From the NCBI GenBank assembly GCA_016188385.1, contig JACPHV010000002.1, positions 101,682 to 165,681 of the forward strand: a stretch of DNA of 64,000 nucleotides. Direction: 5' to 3'. The notes beneath the pieces are model-generated. The model saw nothing but the letters and a program-made list of their open reading frames with translations. It did not search any database and was not told the origin of the DNA. Both the position numbers and the translations under genes were made by a program. Shown piece after piece: positions 47,745-58,267 of this stretch (positions within the stretch are counted from its first letter, which is position 1; each line of letters opens with the position of its first letter). Source of the stretch: Candidatus Uhrbacteria bacterium. Its GTDB lineage: Bacteria; Patescibacteriota; Patescibacteriia; JACQRZ01.

Positions 47745-50700
47745 GGCATCCGCACTCGCCGTAAGTTCCCAGGAAATCAGCTACGATGCGGTGCTGGTTG
47801 CCGGGCATGGCTGAACTCGCGTCATCAGCGCAGGAGTTACCGATACAGCCGAACGCGTCAGAAGGAAGATAGTCGCCGTTGGTGGAGAGTCGGATGGCGG
47901 AAATAGCGCGCGTTACCGGTGTGGGCTCTACCACATCTTGTTCCCCATCATTGTCATCATCGTCATCTTCCTCTCGTATTCTGTCGGCAAGCTCGGTATC
48001 GTTCACGAGCACGATTTCTGTCGTGCGCACCGGCCCTTGGACAGGAAGCACAGTCACCGTTAAAGTCGCGCTGCCGGGTTTATCAGTATTTTCAATCACT
48101 ACTCTTTCTCCCTTCGTGCCCATAACTCGAAGAGGCCGCGGACCAAACGCATTCGATGCGCTCAATGTCCACTCGATCCGCCTGATCTGATCAAGCGGTA
48201 ATAAACGATTGTTCTGCGCGTGCATGCGCGCGTCATACGTATGCTGGTTTGCGGCGCGTGCTTGTTCACGATCATCTTCACAGGAGTCGCCTCTGCATGA
48301 AAAGACATCGCGCGAAATGGGTCTGCCGTTTGAGTCGATTGTAATGGTGTCGAGTATATTCACATTTCCCTGTTTGTCCGGATGTCCAACACATTGCCTG
48401 TCAGTGCCCGTCCCGGTACATCTCTGATAGGGATGTTTGTTGTCCAGCGCGATAGACGCGATGGCGGAAATACCATCGACACGAGCAGTGATAATACCGG
48501 AGCCCGTGCTTGTCGCCGCATCATTGATCAATGCCGAAACGTTCACTCTGCTGGTGCCCTGTTCGCTGGATAGATCAAAGAGGTCTTTACGGTCAAGCGA
48601 CCAATGCACTTTTGCCTGATCAATCGAAAGAACGCGCCTACCATCGGTGACTACGAGCTCAAGCGCATGCTGATTGCCGGCTGATCCGGCGGCTCGGTCA
48701 TCTTCGCAGCTATTCCCGGTGCAGCCGAAAGCGTCTTGATTCAAAAACTGGCCGTTGGATTTGATTAGGATGTCTCTGACAAGAAATGTTTGCACCTGAT
48801 TAATGACCTGAATGGAAGCTGTAATCGGATTCCCTTTACCGGTCACGGGCGTGACAGTCGCTGAAAGGGTCGCGGATCCGTCAACTTCGGTATTGGTGAG
48901 AATAATATCGAAGTCTTTAGTCCCTTCCGGGTTGTTCCGTGACGGGTCAAGATCGCGAAATGCCTTTCGGGAAGATGAGGCGTGAATGAGAGACCATTCA
49001 ATCTTTGCTATGTTTGTCGGATCGGCAAAGCTGCGGTTTTTGTTGTGCAGGCGCAATGAATACACGCGCTGATTGCCGGAAGTACCGGCAACGCGGTCAT
49101 TGAGGCAGTTATTTCCAAAGCAGGTGAATACATCAGTCCCGAGCGGCCGATCATTCGCTTCGATTGCGGCTTCGGCGATTTCATCTGCTCTGCCAGCCTG
49201 ATCGGGCCCGCCGATGCAACCGGCACGATTCGCGGTGAGACATTCCCGACGAGGAAATTTGTTTACGATCGGAATCGCTTTTGTCACTGACGAGCCGGAA
49301 ACGGAGACTGTCAGCGTAGCGCTTCCCTGATCAGCCGTATTTGTGGCAAAAATTGTCTTGCCGGAATCGCGGGACAAGACGACTGTGCTTGTTGCGCCTG
49401 AAAGCGCCCAGGAAATCCGCTCATCGGGTACCGAAAGAGCTTTGCCATTCGCGTCGAAGAAATCAGCTACGATGCGGTGCTGGTTGCCGGGCATGGCTGA
49501 ACTCGCGTCATCAGCGCACGAATTACCGATACAGCCGAACGCGTCAGAAGGAAGATAGTCGCCGTTGGTGGAGAGTCGGATGGCGGAAATAGCGCGCGTT
49601 ACCGGTGTGGGCTCTACCACATCTTGTTCCTCATCATTGATATTCTCGAGTTGTATTGTCACTCGTACATTCTGCTGTACCGTTTCATTTTTCGATCCGG
49701 TCGCTTTAACCGTTACAGTCGAGGTGCCATTTTGATTTTTCGGAGTCACCTGTATTGTGGGGGTGGACAAGGAACTTAAATCAACCAGAGCGGTACTCGT
49801 AGCCGTGGGTCCGGACGCAAACCATTCGATCTTGACAGGAGAGACTTCGCTTCCTTCCGCCGAATACGCCTTGATACGATAGGTATGCTGATTACCGCTT
49901 CTGACGGTATCTTGATCACCGGAACATCCTGTAAGAGCAGCGCAAGTAAACAAATCGGTTGTGGAAGCGTTCAGGGCGGTATTGATGAATATCTCAACAG
50001 TTGCGATTTCGGCAATCTCCGCGACAGGCGTGACTGGACCAGCGGATTTTTGGATCCATACTGATTTCTTGCACTGTTCGCCAAACCAAGAATTGCCTTC
50101 TTTCATTTGTAAAATCAGATTGACACGGCCTTGCGCAAGGGGCGTATAGGGACGGACGCCGAATGTGACGCGTTCCCCGGGTGCGATGGATCGTGATAAC
50201 GGCACAACGTCAAGTTCGGGCACTCTCACGGTGCCTGACGAACGCAGAGCAAAGATATGTGTCGCGGGATTCCATGTCTTGGTGCCCGCATTCTTAAGCG
50301 AAAATTCCAACAGGAAATCTTTATGTTCGTCAGTGATAAGCGGCAGATTTTGAGCTCGGCACGCATTCGTGCACGCATTCGTGTCATCAGTATCTCCGTC
50401 GTCACATTCCTCCGATCCTTCTTTAATCCCATTTCCGCACACTCCTTTGTTCAGACGACAATCGGTGCGGCAACGATCCGTATTGGATCGATTACCATCG
50501 TCGCACTGTTCCCCAGTCTCCAGTTTACCGTTGCCGCAGTACGGCAATGCCGTGTCACGCAGCGTGCAATCGTTGCGACAAAGATTGGCGTCAATGCGGT
50601 CGCCGTCGTCGCACTGTTCCGTTCCTTCCTTGATGCCGTTGCCGCAATAACCGGTATTGAGCTTGCACGCACTCGTACACGCGTCTGTGTTATCGAGATT

Positions 50701-53700
50701 GCCGTCGTCGCATTCTTCGCCGATTTGCGGATCTACGTTTCCATTGCCGCACCATGAACCGCCGAGATTCGTATTGCACGCGTTTGTGCAAGCGTTGATG
50801 GTAACGCGATCGCCGTCGTCGCACTGCTCCCCTGCTTCAATTACGCCGTTGCCGCAGGTGCCGGCATTCGCGCGGCAAGAATTGGAACACGCATCGTCGT
50901 TGTTCGTATTACCATCGTCGCATTGTTCTGTGCGATCGCGGACTCCATTACCGCACGTACTCGTCGGACGCGTACATGTATTTGTACACCCATCGTTAGT
51001 AACGCGGTTGCCGTCGTCGCATTGTTCACCGGCATCAAGGATACCGTTGCCGCAATACCCTGCATCAAGGACGCAGTCCGAGCGACATCGCCCGTTATTG
51101 GGCGTATCGGAACCGTCGCACTCTTCACCAGCCTCTTGTTTACCGTTGCCGCAGTACGGCAGTGCCGTGTCACGCAGCGTGCAATCGTTGCGACAAAGAT
51201 TGGCGTCAATGCGGTCGCCGTCGTCGCATTGTTCATCACCTTCCCGCAAACCGTCGCCGCAGAAAGGCTGCGATGTCCGAATCGTACAGAGCGCGTCATT
51301 GGTAAACTGTGGCGCCAAATTGACGGATGCCATGCACATCTCGCCGATTGGCGTATCACCCTCCATCAATTGCCAATGCAATGGTTTGACCCCTGTCACG
51401 ACAGGCGCGATCAGTGATGTCGTAATTTCAAGAAACTCCCCCGGGGCGATTTTAGGTTTGGAAACAGGAATCGCGATCACGCTTTTTGACCAGAAAGTAT
51501 TATCTAAAGGTGACTGGGATCGGATACGATACGAGGGCGTGCCTGTCGCGTTCCATGTGTTCGTGCCTGTATTTTCCAATCGTATCCGCGCGGTAAATGA
51601 ATGGCCTGAATCAAACTCGCCAGGCGCTATCCGGATAGTCTGGGGAGCATTGATCGTACAGCGCGCATTATGCGCGCTCACTACTCGAAGAGTGCAGTTG
51701 TTTCTGCAAAGATCGGCATCAATGCGGTCGCCGTCGTCGCACTGCTCTCCGGTCTCCTGAATCCCATTGCCGCAAAAACCCGTGTTCGGCTTGCAGTCAT
51801 TGGCGCAAGCATTCGTATTGATCCGATCGCCGTCGTCGCACTGCTCTGTTCCTTCTTTGGCGCCGTTGCCGCAGACAGGCGTTTTTGAACTTCCTGAACA
51901 ATCATTTTTGCATGCGTTGCTGTTATCTGTATCTCCGTCATCGCATTGTTCAGCGGCCTCTACCTTCCCATTACCGCAGTATGGCAGTGCCGCGTCACGC
52001 AGCGTGCAATTGTTTTTGCACAGATTACCATCAATACGGTCGCCGTCGTCGCATTGTTCCGTTCCTTCTTTGGCGCCGTTGCCGCAGAATCCCGCGTTGC
52101 CGGTACAATCATTCTTACAGGCGTTGCTGTTATCAGGATCGCCGTCGTCGCATTGTTCCGTTCCTTCTTTGGCGCCGTTGCCGCAATAACCAGCGTTGCC
52201 GGTACAATCGTTGCGGCACGCATCCGTGTTCACAGCATTGCCGTCATCGCACTGTTCGCTCCCTTCAACGACGGAATTGCCGCACCGCGGACCTGTACGA
52301 TTCAGCGTGCAATCATTTAAGCATTCGTTGGTGTTGAGACGATCTCCGTCATCGCATTGTTCATTCCCTTCTTTCAAGCCGTTGCCGCAGAAACCGGATC
52401 GAGGCGTACAGCTATTCCGACAAGCGTTTGCATCGTTCGTATCCCCGTCATCGCACTGCTCCGTACCATCTTTAATGCCATTGCCGCAGAATCCCGGGTT
52501 GCCGGTACAGTCATTGCGGCAGGCATCGGTATGTGTTGAATTGCCGTCGTCGCACTGCTCCGGATCTTCTCGGACTCCATCGCGGCATACCGGCCCGCCG
52601 GGGGTATTCAACCGACAGTCATTGCGGCAGGCATTCGTATCAATAGTATCGCCGTCATCGCATTGTTCCCCGTCATTTTTAATGCCATTGCCGCAACCGG
52701 TAGGATTTGATGCGCAATCGTTGCGGCACGCGTCAGTATTGATTTGATTTTTGTCATCGCACTGCTCCGTGCCTTGTTTGATGCCGTCACCGCACTGCGG
52801 CGAAGGACCGCCCTTGATCGTACAATCGTTGCGGCACGCGTCAGTGTCATCTTTGTTGCCGTCATCGCATTGTTCCCCGGCATTGATAATCTTATTTCCG
52901 CACCCTTCCGGATTCGCTTTGCAAGAATTCGAGCATGCGTTTGCGTCGTTTGTGTCACCGTCGTCGCACTCCTCCCCCGCTTCCAATGTGCCGTTGCGAC
53001 AAAAACCCGCGTTGCCGGTACAATCGTTGCGGCACGCGTCAGTACTAATAGTGTTGCCGTCATCGCACTGCTCATAGAGGTCGCGAATTCCGTCGGTACA
53101 GATTGGACGATTTGTATTTATCGAACAATTATTATGGCAGGTATCATCATTGACCGCGTTGCCGTCATCGCACTGCTCCGTTCCTTCTTTTTTACCATTG
53201 CCGCATTGGTTCGCGTTTGAGCTGCATACATTACTGCAGCCGTTCTTGTCATCCTTATCACCGTCGTCGCATTGCTCGGCTCCTTCTTTCATTCCATTGC
53301 CGCAGAATCCTGGCTTGCCGGTACAGTCATTGCGGCAGGCATTTTCATTGTCTTTATCACCGTCGTCGCATTGCTCTCCGTAATCAACTTTGCCATTACC
53401 GCAAGTTGGCGGATTTGGATTTACGCTTTGACATTCGGGCCGAGTGGAGCAATCAGAACATGTGCAGGATTCATTTGCTTCGCATCTTCCGTTTGAATTA
53501 CATGACCCGCCGTTGCGCGGCGATATGACACGAATGTTCTTGACGCAACGCTCCCCGAACCAAGTATCTTTGTTACGCATTTGCCAAGCAAATGCGTAGG
53601 TACCTGCCGCGGCGGGCGCGGTTACTTGAGTTGAAACGCTGGAAGAGGTCTTAGCGTTTATTGAGGATGGCAATACAACAGATGTTCTTCCCCAAAGGGA

Positions 53701-56273
53701 GGTGTAGGGCGGCTGTTGGCTCGAAAGCACATAATCAGCCGAACTCCAGTTGGCAGTCCCTGTATTTTCAAGGCGCAATTGAGCTGAAAAAACTTGCCCG
53801 ATGGTAACTTCCGCGGGGACGGTGGCGCTACACCTTGCATTATCGGTCGGCAGCACGGAAATGACTACTTTAGCCTGACAGCTCTTCGTATCCGCGTTGC
53901 ACGCAAATCCTGTCTGGCAAGAACTTTGCTTCCCAAAACAATCAGCGCAGTTGCAGGACTCACTGCTGTCGCATATGCCGTTGGTATTGCATGAAGATGG
54001 CTTGCAGGAGGGATCCAAAGGACTGCGGCACTGCCCATCACCGCATTTCACAAGCCCCTCGGAACACCCGTCTTTAGCGTTCGGGTTCTTTTTCGCATTG
54101 GGGCACGCGGATCCCTCTTCGCATTTTGATGCCACCCCATTGCATGTCGTGCTGCTGCCAGTACATGTTGATTTGGGGCCGCTGCACGTAGATCCGGCCG
54201 TACAATTCGAACCTCCGCCTGTACACTGTGTCGCAATGCCTGAACAGCTCGAATCAATGCCAGTGCACCTCGCTCCGTTGGAACAGCGTGATTCACTGCC
54301 GGTACAGGTAGTGCCGGGATCGGAACACTGCGATTTGCTGCCGGTGCAGGTTGCGCCTTTCACGCACGAGGAACCATTGCCCTCGCATACGGTACCTGCT
54401 CCGGAACATGATGAATCAATTGCTTTGCATTGCGCGGTGTTTGAGCATTGTGAACCGACTGTTGTGCACGTTTGCTTTGCTTTGTCGCACACAGAAGGTT
54501 GTACGGTGCGTTTCGGCGGTTTGCCGACACATGCCGCGCCGGACTTGCATTCCGAGCCATCGCCAAGACATCGTGTCCCAAGCCCATCGCAGCGGGAATT
54601 GATACCCGCGCATTCAGCTCGATCGCGGCATTGGGATCCGCTGTTCGTGCATTGCGTCCCTGTTCCGATACACGTTGAACCGGTTCCCGTGCATGTGGCT
54701 CCATCAAGGCATTTTGAACCTGCTCCCGTACAGACTGTCCCTTTTCCGGAACAGATAGCCGTTCCGCCGATGCAGCGCGCGCCGTTGCTGCAGATATCAC
54801 CCTCTTTTTTACACGTCACGCCACGTGTAGAGCATGTATCTGAAACCGTGAGGGTGCATACCCCAAGCGATCCGTTCCCCGATACTGATTGGATGGAATC
54901 CCCGAGTACCACTCGATACGCCACCCTGGAAGCAAGCGGCTGACTTGGACGATACGCTACCTCTGTCTTTGCTGAATCGCCGCTTCCCACGGTAGCAATT
55001 TCTAAATCACCCGGCACTGCCGGCTCAATGCGAATATTTGGACGGACTGAATCCTCCTTCAACAGCTGATTAAATTTCACCCGGAATACGGAATTGCGAT
55101 ACACTCGCTCTGTTGGCTTGGGGATAATAGATTCTACGGAAACGCAGCGTTTTGATTGTCCGCATGTGCCGCCGACGCAATTGTTTGTTGAACACTCTCG
55201 ATCGTTACGGCAATCATCTCCAATTGATTTGTTTCCCGCAACGCATACGCCATCTTTGCACGTACCGGACGCGCATGCCGAATTGCCAGTGCATGCCTGG
55301 CCGATATCTTTGCCGGAAAGCGAGCACGCGCCCAACTCGCATACAAGACCCGTTCGACACTGCGCGTCAAATTCGCAAAAAGCATCAAGCCCGCCAGTGC
55401 CACGGACGCAAACGCCACCCTCGCACCGATTCGATGAGCACTGATCGTTCACTTCGCATTGTCCGCCAATATCATTTTTTTCTCCGGTAAAAAAATTCCA
55501 TGCGTATCGACACGCCACGACTTCCTGTCCGCATTGCCCGTCAGGACGGCAGGATCCATCAGAGCAGCATTGCTGACCAGCCCCGCAATTCTGCGCGGCG
55601 CAACGGGACGCGGATGTAAGATTGATGGGATTGCTTATCGTTCGAAAAGATGTGATTACTCGCAGCTTTGTCGGTGTCGCTTCGAGTGACGGCATCAATG
55701 CGGTAATTTTGTTCGCAGACCATTCATTTTCTCCGATCGGAATATCAACGGAACCGGCGACGAGCCTGCCCTTTTCATTGCCAAACCCGATTCCGTACAC
55801 GGTAAGCGCAAGTCCAGGCGGTCCGTTATCCGGCTCCATGCCGCAAATGCCCGGATTGGGAGCGGCGCCAGTCACGATAAAGGGGGTTGTGTTGCTTACG
55901 GTACCGTCCGCTGTTTTTACCGCCACCGTATAGCTGCCTTCGGAAATACCGCGTGGGACTTTCACGGCTACATACGAGTCGCGCCAATAGAGTTTTTTGC
56001 ACTCTCCGGAAAAATCAACATCCGCGGGAACTGATTGTCCGCTTTTGGTGAACAAAACTTCTCCGACGGCGTATCCAAAGCCGGAACCGTCGAGTGTGAC
56101 GTACTGCCCCTTTCCGCCTGACGCAGGCCATGCTTTCACGATTGTCGGCGCAGAATTGGCGTTCTGCGTATTCTGCTGTGCTGCGACGAAAGAAAACACC
56201 ACAATAAGAGCTAGCATGCTTGCGATGCCTGTGATACTGCCGATGAGGAGTGATATAATCTTGCGTTTCATAT
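47719..56273 (-). CDS. Giant (about 2,850 aa) secreted/membrane-anchored repeat protein: IPT/TIG-like N-terminal domains, multiple Cys-rich blocks including about 35 tandem Myxococcus-type cysteine-rich repeats, and Ig-like modules
   Basis: The start is set at MKRKIISLLIGSITGIASMLALIVVF (signal/anchor), 56271-56273; the track ORF extends to 56475. The central about 1,100 aa is tandem units of CGNG(I/A)KE(G/A)(T/G)EQCDDGD....N.C(R/K)NDC. The C-terminal third holds the FGC.GNSC.DD...GNQH modules. Confidence 0.7.
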
Positions 56274-56290
56274 CGTCAGGAACACGTGCG

Positions 56291-57967
56291 TTATGGACGC
56301 GGAGACGGACCAACACAGGGATTAAAGCAATTTTGAAAAACGTCTCGCGCTGATGCCCGCACTTCCGGTTGATAAAGGGTGTCCTTTTGCAATGGATCAT
56401 GTCGCAGACGCGCGCGCGTGCGCGTCGATGTCGCTGATTGTTCTGACTCAACCCAATAACTTCCATCAATACCAAGATAGATCGAACCCTGATGAAGAGA
56501 ATTCAGATCCATGTATTTTGAAAAAGTAATATCAATAGGCGTGCTCACGTCCACCTTCGTACTATCGCGCGAAGGACTGACAGATTCGATTGCCGGAGGC
56601 GTTGAATCAAGATTCTGCGTGATCGTGAACGACCAAACAAAATTATCAGCGGGCGGACCGTCTGCCTTATCATTGCGTTCGGATCCATTCCTGCCTCCGC
56701 CATCAAGAGAGTTGCCGGCCGCATCCGCGATTCCGTCATAAGGGTAGGATGCTCGATGCGGATTCTCGGCTGTGCGTTGATCCGCCAATGATGCAGCTCG
56801 TACCGATACTTGATATCTTCCGCCTTTCTCGGGAAAACAATATATGGACTCTCTACAGCTATTCGTTCCGCAGAGCTCGCGCGGTACGAACGTCACCGTA
56901 CGATATTGATTGCCGACAAGGATCGTGCCGGGTACTGATGCTCCGGTTTCAAGATTTTGCACCGATATTTTTTCACCGCTCACAAGCGATGGGTCGAGCG
57001 CTTCGGAAAAAGAAATTTGCACGAGCGCGTTGCGCGCAACAGTTGATTCTTGATCCGCATTCCCAATGGCAGGAAACACATGGGTGACACGCGGCGGATC
57101 ATTGTCAACAACTCCGCTCACCTGAAACTGCCAGGAATACCCGCCCGTGTTGCCAAAAAGTGACTCACCGTTTTTTGATAGGATAGCGCTGGTGAGAGAT
57201 ATGCCGTAAAGCGATTGCGTATCCGGCATCCCCAATAACTGTACTGGCGCGATCACTATTGATTTCTCATCGTCTGTAAGTGACACTTCTGCCAGAACCC
57301 CTTGGCCATCGGGAGTGGGAGTAGGAGAGATTTGATGAATCCGGACGCTTGCGGAAAGCAACGAACCGTCTTCTGAACGGACACTATGCGCACGGATGGA
57401 TTCTCTGAATGTGATAAGAATTTTAGCATTACGAGGAACATTTTTCTCGTCACGCGCCGGATAGTGCGATTCGATGCGGGATTGCCTGCTCTGATATTCA
57501 CCGAAATAGACCGGCTGCGAGATGTCTGTCGGGCTAAAAGTCGAAGGAGGCTGGGCAACATACGATTGCGCAAAACGCGAATAGATAAAGGTGATGGCAC
57601 CGAAAAGCACCAGCCCGATGACTGCGGTAAGCGTGCCAAGAATAAGAAATCGTTTTGCCGATGCCTCCTCGGCGAGATCTTCGTCCTCACGAGCTCTCCG
57701 CAAACGGACAAACCCGAATATGTCGAAAGCGATGCCGATTATCGTTGTGATGACCCATATAATTTGTAGCAAGCGCAAGACGATGAGTCGCGCGTCATTT
57801 GCCGGAAGGCCAAGCGCGCGCGCAAATCCAGTCGCTTCTTGCGCGTGCGCGATAAACGGTACTGCAAAAAAAATCACTGCGATAAGACACCCCTGCAAAA
57901 ATACGCGGGGCCAACGAGATGTGCGTTTTTTAATGCGCATCAGGAGCGCATGAGTGCTCAATGACAC
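56291..57967 (-). CDS. Hypothetical membrane protein with extracellular Ig-like domains
   Basis: N-terminal signal-like helix plus two further TM helices (IVLRLLQIIWVITTIIGIAF; FLILGTLTAVIGLVLFGAITFIY), then a beta-rich body. It ends 18 nt before the giant ORF start. Confidence 0.55.
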   Translation of the reverse strand: MSLSTHALLMRIKKRTSRWPRVFLQGCLIAVIFFAVPFIAHAQEATGFARALGLPANDARLIVLRLLQIIWVITTIIGIAFDIFGFVRLRRAREDEDLAEEASAKRFLILGTLTAVIGLVLFGAITFIYSRFAQSYVAQPPSTFSPTDISQPVYFGEYQSRQSRIESHYPARDEKNVPRNAKILITFRESIRAHSVRSEDGSLLSASVRIHQISPTPTPDGQGVLAEVSLTDDEKSIVIAPVQLLGMPDTQSLYGISLTSAILSKNGESLFGNTGGYSWQFQVSGVVDNDPPRVTHVFPAIGNADQESTVARNALVQISFSEALDPSLVSGEKISVQNLETGASVPGTILVGNQYRTVTFVPRELCGTNSCRESIYCFPEKGGRYQVSVRAASLADQRTAENPHRASYPYDGIADAAGNSLDGGGRNGSERNDKADGPPADNFVWSFTITQNLDSTPPAIESVSPSRDSTKVDVSTPIDITFSKYMDLNSLHQGSIYLGIDGSYWVESEQSATSTRTRARLRHDPLQKDTLYQPEVRASARDVFQNCFNPCVGPSPRP

Positions 57968-58012
57968 GTTCGGTGCTCTTAGAGATGATTAAAGGCGGAA
58001 ACAATTGATCAC

Positions 58013-58264
58013 TTAAAGCTTCATGAGCGCTTTTGTTCCGGGAAATCTGTCTTTGAGCTTTCCAATTTTCTTAAGATATTCCTTTTTTTCTTCGATCATC
58101 CTGCGGCGCAACGCTGTCGTCTGTTTTGCTGCCGCGCTTTTCTTCCGAGAATAAAAACGAATCTTCTTTACTTGCAATATCCTTCCGCTTTGCTGTATCT
58201 GGCGATTGAATCTTCGCAGCAATGCCTCAAACGATTCCTTTTGTTTTCTTCGTACTTCCGGCAT
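58013..58264 (-). CDS. rpsU: 30S ribosomal protein S21
   Basis: MPEVRRKQKESFEALLRRFNRQIQQSGRILQVKKIRFYSRK matches the bS21 pattern (MP.V.V..E.FE.ALRRFKR....G.L.E.R.R.FYEKP). 83 aa. Confidence 0.65.
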   Translation of the reverse strand: MPEVRRKQKESFEALLRRFNRQIQQSGRILQVKKIRFYSRKKSAAAKQTTALRRRMIEEKKEYLKKIGKLKDRFPGTKALMKL

Positions 58265-58267
58265 GTG

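Noticed and set aside
50257-54943. Many plus-strand ORFs of up to 367 aa antisense to the giant gene (e.g. 50657-51760, 53897-54943)
   Set aside because: Their products are low-complexity SSHCS/PLPQ repeats. These are the expected mirror image of a highly repetitive, codon-biased Cys/Asp/Gly-rich sense gene. They show no independent start, RBS or domain signals.
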